A stretch of 64,000 nt of DNA from Euglena gracilis (taxonomy: Eukaryota), in assembly GCA_039621445.1 (NCBI GenBank), contig CP154954.1, positions 21,402,954 to 21,466,953 on the forward strand, read 5' to 3'. Positions 24,961-35,173 of this stretch are shown piece by piece (within the stretch, counting starts at the first letter, position 1; each line of letters opens with the position of its first letter). Below the pieces are notes generated by a model. It saw only the letters and a program-made list of their open reading frames with translations. It ran no database searches and was not told the origin of the DNA. The position numbers were made by a program, and so were the translations under genes.

Positions 24961-26533
24961 TCACGTTTGACTGCTCTTCGTGTCAAAAGCAACAAAAAGC
25001 AACAAAAGCGACCAAAAGAAAGCAAAGGCAAAATGGGCGGAATGCCCCCGCTCACCCATCACACATTCCCGCACAATATTCCTCTCAACTATTAGCTTGC
25101 ATTACCGTTCCTCGCTTCAACATAATACCGTTTCCCAAAGGCCGCAACCCTCCCCACACTCCGACATCTAAACCACCATAAAAACATACACCAACGTCTC
25201 AATCCCTTCTTCCATCCTATCATTCCATTCCTTCCTCCCCCCTAAAAAAACTTCCAACTTCAAAAGGACGGGCCTTCATATAAGTCATGAAGAAAGTACT
25301 CCTTAAAAAAAAAAAAAAAAAAGCAGCAAAAATCGACCAAAAGTCGGCAACAGTGGCCAAAAGCAGTCCAAAAGCATCAAAAACTGCCAAAAGCAGCGAA
25401 AAGTGGCCAAAAGTTGGCAACAGTGGATTGTGTGATTGTGATATATGCTCATTTTTTGTTGGCCTGCCCCCCACCCACGGCCAACTACTTTGCCGACCGC
25501 AGCCGACCGCAGCCGACCGCAGCCGACCGCGGGCTAAAATTTGGAATCTGTCATAGGTGCTTGTGGGACATTTCTGGGAAGACGGGATGGGCCCTGCCTT
25601 CTGCCTCTTATTCAAACAGCCACTGCCAGCGATGCCTGAAGCTTTGCTCTGTCCCAGGCCTGGCCCTGCCCCTCATCCTCCCGGGCATCGCCTGCTTTCC
25701 ACGGTGGTCGTTGTCGCTTTGATCCTGACCGGTACAGTGCCGCACATCGTTCTCTGTCTCGTCAACGTCACATCGTTCTTGTCTTCGGCAACGCCAAAAA
25801 AAAGAGGGCAAAGTTTGCACCTCCCCAACGCTGCTTTTTCGCTTTCAAAGGCAAAAATGAAAGCAGTGACCACCAGGCTCCAGGCGGCGCATTGCTGAAC
25901 TAAGACCTGTCCCCCTCCCCCCCGCGGGGGGGGGGGGGGGGTGACGGATGGGTTTTTCCAGACTGACTGGTTTTCTGGCCAAGAACCCCTGGGGGGGGGC
26001 AGGCCCGAAAATGGCTCGCCCGGCGCCGAAGGCGACGGAATTTTTTGGGGATTTTTTTGAGACTTTTTGGCCACACATCCTCCTTAACAAACGTTCAATC
26101 CTCAGCCGACCCACATCCTCCTTGGCAAATGTTCAATCCTCAGCCGACCCGACACTTGCCATTGTGAGGCCATGCGACCATTCGGGCTCCGCACAGCGAG
26201 ATGGTGAGGTCCTGCTTTCCTTGCCGGCTGTTCAGTTCTGGTGTGTTTGTGCGTGTGCGGGCGTGCTTCTTACTGCTTTTTGTTGCCGGAGTTGGCTGAT
26301 TCCTATTTCTGCCCTTCGACCTCAAGGAGAAAGAGTTTTACTTTTACGAGTTCAAGTGGAATTATTTTACGAGGAGTACTACTTTCCCGAAGACCATCAC
26401 TTTGACCAACTGGTGGACCGAACTTTTTCGGAACTTCAACTTCCTGACGGAAGAATTCAACTCTTCGAGTTCAACTGGAATTATTCCCAGAAGTATTGCA
26501 ATTTCCACAACAGAGATCAACAACTAGACTTCC

Positions 26534-27298
26534 ATGAAGAATGAATTTCAAAGAAACTCTGAATTTCAAGAAGAACTTCAAAGAACTCCCAAGAAGTCAG
26601 CTGAAGCTGGGGAAGGTGGAGGGGCGGCAGCAGCACACCTGTCCGTGGCCATCGCAACCCCCCCACCCCCCAGAGCATCAGAGATTTCAAAATCCCCCTC
26701 TCAACATGAGAATGGCCATGGAACATGGACAACTGTGGTCAGGAGGACAAGAAGACAGAAGGGGAATACCATCACAGGTCCAACAGACTCCCCCCCTTTT
26801 TCTATGTCCCCCCCCGTCCAGGGGACAAAGCCAGGGCTATGGCAGCCTTTCAACAAATATCAAAAATCCAAAGGATTCAAGTCATCATGGCTATGGCAGC
26901 CAGCATCCAAAAGGACCTGGGGTCCAGAATCAAGGCTATGGAAGCCATCATTCAAGAGGGCAGTGGGCCCATGGGCAAGGCTATGGCAGCCAGTGCCCCA
27001 GCCTGGAAAGATCCCACTGGGGAAGGGTATGTCCAACTTACCCCACAGCTCTCTCAAACATAAACCCCTCAGGAGCTGCCCATCCAAGCAAGCAGCCCCC
27101 CCTTCAGGGGAAGGCCAATGGAGGCCATTATATGCAAGAGGCCAATGGAGGCCAGAGGAAGCATCAAAATATCAAGGCCAATGGAGGCCATTTCAATCAA
27201 AATCAGGAGGCCATTGGAGGCCCAGTGCATTCCAGATCAGATCATCCCTTGGGGGGGAGGCCCAAGATTGGCTACACCAGGGCCCCCCCAGAAGGTAA
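26534..27298 (+). CDS. DIRS gag-like ORF1 with repeated W-Q/R-P motifs
   Basis: Position between the left ITR and RT; low-complexity repeats. No diagnostic motif recognised. Confidence 0.45.
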   Translation: MKNEFQRNSEFQEELQRTPKKSAEAGEGGGAAAAHLSVAIATPPPPRASEISKSPSQHENGHGTWTTVVRRTRRQKGNTITGPTDSPPFSMSPPVQGTKPGLWQPFNKYQKSKGFKSSWLWQPASKRTWGPESRLWKPSFKRAVGPWARLWQPVPQPGKIPLGKGMSNLPHSSLKHKPLRSCPSKQAAPPSGEGQWRPLYARGQWRPEEASKYQGQWRPFQSKSGGHWRPSAFQIRSSLGGEAQDWLHQGPPRR

Positions 27299-27489
27299 TC
27301 AGCCCACACCCCCCAGCTATATATGTGCCTCCCCACTGCACACACAGACCTTCCCCCATCTTTCAAAATCAGGGGGAAAGCCTGTCTTTGAGCAGCCCTA
27401 TGGCAGGGCCAGAGGTGACCCCAGTGATGGGGCAGCCAGGGAGGACCCCAGTGATGGGGCCAGGGGGAAGGACCCCAGTGATGGGGCCT

Positions 27490-28815
27490 GTGGAATCCCC
27501 AGACACATTACACCCAGGGGTGCCCCCCTACAGAGCCCTGCAGGCCAGCATTCCCCATTGGGTCAAGGCAGGAGCCAGCACAGAGGTATTAAACTTAATA
27601 AGGGAAGGGGTCAGGGCAGATCTTCCCGTCCCCCCTCAGATGTCCTTAAAAGTTCCCTTCAAAACTCCCCAAGAAATAATGACTGCCCAGAAAATTCTGA
27701 GGGAATACGAATGTGCAGGGGCAACCAGGCAAATCACCCCAGAGGAGGCAAAACATTTTGTCCCTTATTTTATCATTTCCAAAGAGGAAGGGGGAAAGAC
27801 AAAGGAAAGACTAATTTCAGATTGTCGACAGTTAAATCTCCATTTCACCCCCCAGAAGTTCAGATTGGAACACATGGGAAACATCTTCCCATATCTCAGA
27901 AAAGGTTGGTTCTGTGGAAAAATAGATCTGAAAGATGCTTATTTCCACTTAAAGCTGCACAGCAGCCTGGAAAAACATTTTTGCATGCAGGTGGGGGGGA
28001 AACGTGGCAATTTCAAGCTGCATGCTTTGGTATAAGCAGCCTGCCACAAAAGTTTATGACTCTAATGAGAGTCTGGGAAAGGAAATGGAGAAAGGAAGGA
28101 AAGGTAGTTTTCATCTACCTGGACGACATTTTGCTGTTAGCCCCCAGCAAAAAGACAGCAGCCCAACATTTGGCAGAAATGAAAAAAGATCTTTTACTGG
28201 CAGGTTTCAGAATAAACCTCCCCAAATCATGTCTGGAACCAACACAAGAAATAAAGCATTTGGGCCAGTGGATCAATTTGAAAAAAGGCCAACTGGAAAT
28301 TCCACAGGAAAAACTGAAATCCTTAAGAAAGGAATTAGGAAAGGTGCTGACAGCACAAAAAATGAGCTGCAGAAAACTCAGCTCTATTGTAGGGCAAGTA
28401 AGAAGCTATTTAGTTTCAATGCCTTTTCTCAGAATTCTGACAGATCAACTTTGCAAAATGGTGGATTTGCACACCAAGTGGGGTTGGGACCACACCTTGA
28501 CCATTCCCCAAGGGGTCAAAGATCAAATTGTGGAGTTAAAGGCATTTTTGCAGCCAGGTGTGGGCAGAGCATTTCAATCCCAGGCCTCTCAGGAACTCTT
28601 CTCAGACAGACAGCAGCACCTGGCAATGGGGGGGGCTGGACAAAGATTCAGGCCAAAAGGTGCAGGATTTTTGGAGGGACCTGCATGTCCTTCACATCAA
28701 TCAAAAAGAATTGCAGGCTGCAGTGGAAACTGTAAAATCTTTGGCCAAACCAAAGCAAACGATTGTGCTTCATGTGGACAGTCAGGTGGCTGTCAGTTAT
28801 TTAACAAAATGGGGA
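27490..28815 (+). pseudogene. DIRS reverse transcriptase / RNase H (frameshifted near 27995 and 28605)
   Basis: PYFIISK...RLISDCRQLN, DLKDAYFH, CFGISSLP, YLDD, HLG, HIN.KEL across ORFs 27118..28035, 26541..28967 and 28558..28923. Confidence 0.9.
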
Positions 28816-28920
28816 GGGGGGTCCTATTTTTGGATTTTTGCTCGATCGGCTCAGGGGGGGTCTTATTTTTGGGGGTGGTCTTATTTTTGGGGGGGGTCTT
28901 ATTTTGGGGGGGGGTTACCA
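28816..28920. repeat. GGGGGTCTTATTTTTGG repeat at the left breakpoint of the split DIRS
   Basis: Its reverse complement, CCAAAAATAAGACCCCC, is repeated at 46985-47060 near the other breakpoint. Confidence 0.7.
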
Positions 28921-29089
28921 TAGGGCTTAATGCACCTGTTTTGCCTATCAGGTATTCTCCATGTTGATGTGGTTGGTTGACATACCATAGGGGGGCCTCT
29001 GTGGGTCCCCCCCTTGATTGAATGATCGGAAATTGAAAAATATTCATTGGAGGGGTTCTTGCCCCTCCCTCCAAAAGGACCACTGTGGG

Positions 29090-29728
29090 TGTGGGCGGCG
29101 GCGGCCTGAGCGCATGCGCACACAAAGTAGCGGAACCCTCCGCTACTACCTGACCACCCCCTTTCTGCATTTGCCTTCCGCAGGCTCCCTTGTTTCCATG
29201 GATTCAATCTGATTTGTGCATTGGAATTCAAGTTTTCAAGTTCAATTGTTCAATTCAATCAAATACAAAGATTTCAAAGAAACCAAAGGAAACTGCCAAA
29301 GGAGAAATTACCTTCAAGGAGATCAAAGAAAACCTCAAGGAATTGGCCTACCAGGAGCGCCCCAAGGCAATTTCAAAGGTACTTGCTGGATTTGGCTGGG
29401 CTAAGTGGCTATAAGGGTGGGAAGCACCCCCTGAAAACCCCTAGCACCCAGGCTTTTCCGCCCCCCCTCTGTCCCCCCTCAATTTCCCCCCCTGCGAGGG
29501 CCCACCTAAGCGGCTCCGCAGACCCCCAGAGGCATCGCAGGAGGCCCCCCCCTCCACTCCGCCGCCGGGAATACTAAAAAATGGATCCCAACCCATTCCA
29601 AGCACCCACGGAGCTTCCCAGGGCCTCCGTGGGGGCTGAGCCCACCCGCGCACCCCCCCTCGCCGGATCCGTGACCCGGGACCCACCCTGCCGGAACCCC
29701 AGCGAGACCGGGACCCCCCCTGGGAAAC
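29090..29728 (+). repeat. G1 5' LTR
   Basis: Starts TGTGGGCGGCGG; direct repeat of 43199-43838 with only a few differences. Confidence 0.95.
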
Positions 29729-32700
29729 TGGTAGCAGAGGCTTACGACCCTACCCCACACAACAACCCATTCCTCGCGGCCCACTCTGAGGTGAACCTTC
29801 AGATCACCGGCCGAGGCCCAGCACTCGGCGACCCCACCCCAGCGATGCCCGCAATCCCCTACGGGGGCCCCCCATCACATCTCCGTGGTAGCCCCCACGG
29901 GGATGCCCAATGCACAGCCCTAGCCCTGCTGTCCCCAAGTACAAATGATTTTGATCTCGATAGCCCTCGGGATCGAACCCCCACCCCACGGAAAGGAAAG
30001 TCAACCGGAAATCCCCTTTTCCCCCCGTTCCCATCGCTCGATGAAGCCCCATCAGTGCTGCCTCCACCCTTCTCCCCCACCGACTCCGACCCAAACCATC
30101 CCTCCATCTTCTCCATCCGTCCCCCACCCTCCTCCTCATACACCCCACATCCCCCATCCTTCAGCCCTCATCCCCCATCCTACTCCTCCCCGACATCCGA
30201 CGTCCCGGACCCAACCGACGGACCGCAGCCCCCCCAAGGGAGCCGAGACATGGGGCTGCGGACCCCGTTCTCCTCTGGGGCCACTCCCCGGCCCCAGAAG
30301 GTCCCGAGACTCTCCCCAGAGGAAGGGGGAGCAGAGGAGACGGAGCAGGAGCAGTGGGAGGAACAACGGTGGGAACCATGGGGGTCTGAAGGAGGATGGT
30401 GGCCTACTGAGGGTGACTACAAGCAGGACGAAGTGTTCAACGACATCAAGGCGACGGCGGCACAACAACAACAAGACATCGAGACAGTCAAACGACAAAT
30501 CACCGCATGCGACACCGCAGTCAATCTCGTGCGTGAGCAAGCAACCCGTGCGTATGACGTTTCGATGCGATGCGCGGCAGAGACTACAACGCTGCACGAA
30601 GCGGCGAGCGCCGCGCAAACCGCGATCACACAGCACGAGGTTCGCTTCGCGATGGTGGAACGAGATGTCCAAGGGTTGAAGGAGCAGATCAAGACCGAAG
30701 CGGCTTCATCGTCCTCCAAAGGTGCAACCGTCGACGCCGCGACAATCCACACTATCAGCAAACACGATGCGCGAATCACCGTCGTCGAAAGCGAGGTTCA
30801 AATGGTGAAGGAGCAGATCAAGATGGAGACAACAACGCGAAACAGCGACATCCGGTCCCTAGTGGAAATGATGCGGCGCGAACACGAGCAACAAGCAGCA
30901 AAAGGATCACCAAAACCGCAACAACCTATCCAGAACCCGGAGATGGAGGTGGCAATGAACAGAATGACAGTGCGGATCCAAGAAATCGAACAATCGAAAG
31001 ACCGACTGAAACGGGCGACGGTGGAGGAAGTGACGGTCATCAAGAAGGAGGTGGAGGACATGAAACAAGCACAGCAGACACAGGTGGCGGTGATGGCGAA
31101 GGAGATCCAGGAGATGAAGCAAAAACAACAGACATCGCAACCCCAACAACCGACCACATCCGACACTCTCATCCAGGATCTGATCTTCAAGGTGCAGGCC
31201 CTCGAGCAGAACAACAAGCAGTTCAAACGCGAGACGACGGAGTACATCCGGAAGCTCGAGATCCAGGTGCACGACTTCCACCACCTTGGGGCCAGGGTAC
31301 AAGCCCTGGAGACCTCCATGGCCCGATCCAAAGATGAGAAGGACAGAGACCTTCTCCGGCTGAGCAAGAAGGTCGAGGTGGCGGACGAAGCACTGGCAAG
31401 GGCCATGGAGCGGGTGGAGAACAAGATGCACGAGGAGATCAAACGACTTCAACTTCCACAACAACCACTCCAATCAACGGAAGAGGTGGAGGACGGCATC
31501 CGACAGCTGCGGGAGAGAGTGCTCCATGGAGAGGGAGCGTTCTCCAAGGCCATCAAGGAGACAAAGACACAGCTCAGGGAAATACAGAGGGACATCCAGC
31601 TAATCCGGCAACAATCACGCCCCAATGTGAGCAGCAGTGAACAGATGGAGCGAGAAGTGCAAGATCTGGCGAGACAAGTCGCACGGCTACAGCTCAGCAC
31701 AACAACGCCCATCCAGGAACCACACATCCCCCGTGAAGAAGTCCGTCAACGTGCAGAGGTCCACACATTCCCGTCCCAACCGTACCCAGAAATACAAGCA
31801 CGACAACAATCTTCGGTTGCGGTGCGACCGGAGCTCAGGTTGGCAAGAAAGAGCACGCGATCAATGGTGCAAAGTGAAGCAGTGACATCAATCCCAGTAC
31901 AAGCAGTGATGCCAATGACGCAAGTGACACAGCCACCCAGGAGCACAACCGGAACGGCGGTGCGGGGGGGGGAGGTGACCATCGCCCCAGTGCAAGCACA
32001 CACCGTCAGTCCACAACTCCAACTCCTACCCCCACAACTCCTGGAGTCCATCAGCGGCAGACATCCCGGAAGGTTCAGCGGGATTGCAGAGGACTGGCCA
32101 ATGTGGAGAAGAAAGTGGATTCCGTTTCTACGAGAAACGGAAGGGCTGATGCCAGCAATGACCGATGCACAGCGATTGGCGTTGCTGCGAAGTGCACTCG
32201 ACGAGGCCGGGGCTCTCCTGGTGGACCAGGAGCTGGAAGCCAATCCGGACCTCGGGTACGAAGAGTACTGGGCGCGCCTCGACCTGGAGTTCGGGGCGGA
32301 AGACAAGGAGGTCCTCCGCCGCAAGCTCCACCGGCTGAAGATGGCGCATGCGGGCAAGCCAACAGAGAAGTCGTGGCGTGAGCTCTACGCACAGATGATG
32401 ACCCTGGGTGGGCAACTTGGCGATGTCAGTGATGCAGAACTGAGTCGCCTGTTGATGAATGCGATCCCAAGGGATCCGTGGCGAAGGAAGCTGGCGATGG
32501 AGGAGGACAAAAGGACAGAGAGGGGCACCTTGGTGCTCGATGGGCTGCCAATCGATGTGGCCACAGAGGAGGTGGAGAACATGGTGCTGGCGGAGACCGG
32601 GCTGAGACCACTTGCCGTGCGACGGTTCGGCAAGCGAGTGAAGGTGACGCCGCAAGGGGAAGAGCATCGGCATGCCATCAAAATGCTCTATGACCGGCAG

Positions 32701-33369
32701 CGGCTCCAAGGCGGGAGCGTTGTCAAGGTCTCCCCGGACAATGCGGAGTTGGGGCCAAAAGAAATCAACGAGCTGATGACTCGTTGGCTCCGAACGGAGC
32801 AGCGGATCGCCAACGCGCCCGAGCCGCAGCAAATCTCCGGCCCCCAAAGGCAAGACCATCGGCCACAGCCGCGGTGGCACCGGGAAGTGGATGCAGAGTG
32901 GGATGGTGCGGAAGAAGAAGAGGAAGAAGCTGTCCGGCAAGTGGGCAAGGGAAACAAACGGCAAGATAAGAGGCCCCCGACACCTCCAAAGGTGTCTGAG
33001 AAGAAGGAGGAGCAACCGACAAGCACGGTGCAACCCGGACCACAGCCCACCCAAAGTGCACCGTCACCGCCACCGGCGGTGAAGGGAGGAGATCGACAAC
33101 CAGAGTGGTCATCATCGGGACAGTGGCAGAATGCCCCGTACCAAGGCGGAGCGTCGTGGAACAACTCATGGGATGCCAAAGGCAAGGGAAAAGGCAACCC
33201 ACAATGGTCAAAGGGAGGAGATGGCAAAGGTGGTGGACAAGACAAGGGTGGCAAAGGCAAAGGCGATGAGAAAGGCAAGAGCAAAGGAAAGGGAGATGGA
33301 AAAGGCAAAGGAGGAAAAGACGGCGGCCGAGGGAGGAGTGTCGCCGCAGTGGAGGAGTGGGAGGAGTGA
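29581..33369 (+). CDS. gag: G1 Gag (Pro-rich N-terminus, long coiled coil, capsid-like region, RRM-like domain, GK-rich tail)
   Basis: 1262-aa ORF; the HPGRFSG..EDWP.WRRKW block is conserved with G2. ATG 29581 lies inside the LTR; the first in-frame ATG after the PBS is 29845. Confidence 0.88.
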   Translation: MDPNPFQAPTELPRASVGAEPTRAPPLAGSVTRDPPCRNPSETGTPPGKLVAEAYDPTPHNNPFLAAHSEVNLQITGRGPALGDPTPAMPAIPYGGPPSHLRGSPHGDAQCTALALLSPSTNDFDLDSPRDRTPTPRKGKSTGNPLFPPFPSLDEAPSVLPPPFSPTDSDPNHPSIFSIRPPPSSSYTPHPPSFSPHPPSYSSPTSDVPDPTDGPQPPQGSRDMGLRTPFSSGATPRPQKVPRLSPEEGGAEETEQEQWEEQRWEPWGSEGGWWPTEGDYKQDEVFNDIKATAAQQQQDIETVKRQITACDTAVNLVREQATRAYDVSMRCAAETTTLHEAASAAQTAITQHEVRFAMVERDVQGLKEQIKTEAASSSSKGATVDAATIHTISKHDARITVVESEVQMVKEQIKMETTTRNSDIRSLVEMMRREHEQQAAKGSPKPQQPIQNPEMEVAMNRMTVRIQEIEQSKDRLKRATVEEVTVIKKEVEDMKQAQQTQVAVMAKEIQEMKQKQQTSQPQQPTTSDTLIQDLIFKVQALEQNNKQFKRETTEYIRKLEIQVHDFHHLGARVQALETSMARSKDEKDRDLLRLSKKVEVADEALARAMERVENKMHEEIKRLQLPQQPLQSTEEVEDGIRQLRERVLHGEGAFSKAIKETKTQLREIQRDIQLIRQQSRPNVSSSEQMEREVQDLARQVARLQLSTTTPIQEPHIPREEVRQRAEVHTFPSQPYPEIQARQQSSVAVRPELRLARKSTRSMVQSEAVTSIPVQAVMPMTQVTQPPRSTTGTAVRGGEVTIAPVQAHTVSPQLQLLPPQLLESISGRHPGRFSGIAEDWPMWRRKWIPFLRETEGLMPAMTDAQRLALLRSALDEAGALLVDQELEANPDLGYEEYWARLDLEFGAEDKEVLRRKLHRLKMAHAGKPTEKSWRELYAQMMTLGGQLGDVSDAELSRLLMNAIPRDPWRRKLAMEEDKRTERGTLVLDGLPIDVATEEVENMVLAETGLRPLAVRRFGKRVKVTPQGEEHRHAIKMLYDRQRLQGGSVVKVSPDNAELGPKEINELMTRWLRTEQRIANAPEPQQISGPQRQDHRPQPRWHREVDAEWDGAEEEEEEAVRQVGKGNKRQDKRPPTPPKVSEKKEEQPTSTVQPGPQPTQSAPSPPPAVKGGDRQPEWSSSGQWQNAPYQGGASWNNSWDAKGKGKGNPQWSKGGDGKGGGQDKGGKGKGDEKGKSKGKGDGKGKGGKDGGRGRSVAAVEEWEE
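29729..29740 (+). promoter_or_regulatory. Primer-binding site, tRNA-iMet type
   Basis: TGGTAGCAGAGG directly after the LTR, complementary to the 3' end of eukaryotic initiator tRNA-Met. Confidence 0.85.
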
Positions 33370-33421
33370 AGTGTCCGCCCAGGCCTCAGGGGGGTAGGCC
33401 TGGGCAGGCAGTCAAAACCCC
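33367..33421 (+). promoter_or_regulatory. Candidate gag-pol recoding signal (TGA, 7-nt spacer, H-type pseudoknot)
   Basis: Stem GCCCAGGCCT/AGGCCTGGGC; loop GGGGT can pair with downstream ACCCC; covarying equivalent in G2. Confidence 0.65.
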
Positions 33422-33879
33422 GAGCCGGAGACCGGCAAGAGGAAGTGCACGAGGTGAGAACCGTGCAGGTGTGCTCCACCACCCTGTCCAGGCATCGAGA
33501 GGAGGAAGGATGGCAGGTGGTGGAGAAAAAGAAAAGAAACCGCAAGCCAAGACAATCACCTCCGATGACACAACCCGACAAGGATCAAGGCGCAAAGGGA
33601 AGGAAGGAAGAAGGGGAGAGAAATCTATGCCAAGGAAATGGCAAAGATCAACAACGAAGAACAACAACCACTCCAAGGGAAAAGGAAGTAAGAAGGAAAC
33701 GACAACCTCATCGCGACAACCACCTCAAGGGTCAACATCTACCACACAACACCCTCCCCGCGACACCAACCGGCATCCACAACAAGAAAAGCAACACCTA
33801 CCCCAAAGAAAGCAACATCCACTGCGCGACACCGACCGGCATCCACCACAAGAAGAGCACCCAAGAAGCCTAACAGCCA

Positions 33880-35170
33880 TGCAACAGCCCGACAACAAGC
33901 GACACGAAACCCGGCAGCCACCCCACGAGCATCATCCGCCACAAGAACCGCCATCTCCACCCCAACTTCCCCATCATCAACAGCTCCCACCAGAACGCTC
34001 CTCTAACCCGCTGCAGCCACCCCACGAGCATCATCCGCCACAAGAACCGCCATCTCCACCCCAGCATCTCCACCATCGACATCTCCCACCAGAACGGACA
34101 TGCAACCCGCAGCAGCCACCCCACGAGCGTCATCATCCACAAGAACCGTCATCCCCACCCCAACATCCCCTCCAACGACATCTCCCACCAGAACGGACAT
34201 CCGAACCCCGACCCCGACTGCAGCCGCCGCCACTAGAACCGACACCATCATCCAAGCTGCATCCTCCCCAACGACCACTCCCACCAGAACCTTCATCTTC
34301 ACCGCAACAACTACCTCGACAGCAGCTACCCCACAAACCCGCATCATCATCAGAGCGACATCTACTCCAACGTCAACATCCACCAGAACCTTCATCTTCT
34401 CCACAGCATCCACCATCGCCGCTGCCGCCACGAGAACCGACTCCATCATCTAAGCCACATCCACACCAACCACAACTCCCACGAGAACCTTCATCCACAT
34501 CACGACATCCGTCATCGCAGCCGCTGCCACGAGAACTGTCTTCATCTTTGCAGCGACATCCACCCCAACATTATCGTCCACCAGAACCTTCATCTTCTTC
34601 GCGACACCCACCTTCGCGGCTCCCACCACGAGAAACCGTCTCCGTCATCTCAGCGACACCCCACACCAACTTCGTCGCCCACAGGAACCGTTATCTCCTC
34701 CGCAACATCCACAATCGCTACAACCGCCACGAGAACCGATTTCGTCATCTCAACAGCATCCACATCAACCTCAACTCCCACCAGGACCGTCATCTGCATC
34801 ACCACGACAGCTGCCTCTGGAACCGTCATCAAAGCGACATCCTCATCAACGATATCACCCACGGGAACCGTCATCTACTTCGCGACATCCACTGCCACTA
34901 CAGCTGCCACTCGAACCGCCATCATCATCACAAGGAAACACCCCGCTACCTCTCCCACAAGAACCTTCATCTTCGTCTCAGCATTCACCTCAACAACAAC
35001 CTCCACTGGAACCGACTTCTACATCGCTGCATCCCCACCAACAACACCAACCACCAAGCGATTCCCAGCATCAACCACAAACGCCTCAAGAAGGATCAAG
35101 ACAACATCTACAACAAGAAACACCGCATCCACATCCAACATCCAGCAACATCACCCAAGCCACATCCACA
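33880..35170 (+). repeat. Low-complexity repetitive linker (Ser/Thr-rich in the DNMT frame)
   Basis: Repeated CCACCAGAACC-TCATC units; in frame with the DNMT apart from one TAA at 34451 (CAA in a sister repeat). Confidence 0.6.
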
Positions 35171-35173
35171 TCC

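Larger units (their letters stand above)
26176..28815 (+). mobile_element. DIRS1-type retrotransposon, 5' half (element A): left ITR, gag-like ORF, RT, start of RNase H
   Basis: Left ITR 26176-26296; RT motifs IDLKDAYFH and IYLDDILL; RNase H HINQKELQA...HVDSQVAVSYLTKWGG, then abrupt truncation. Confidence 0.9.

Noticed and set aside
752-25900. Hundreds of short G/P/K/F-rich ORFs
   Set aside because: Products of homopolymer runs and repeats; no recognisable domains.
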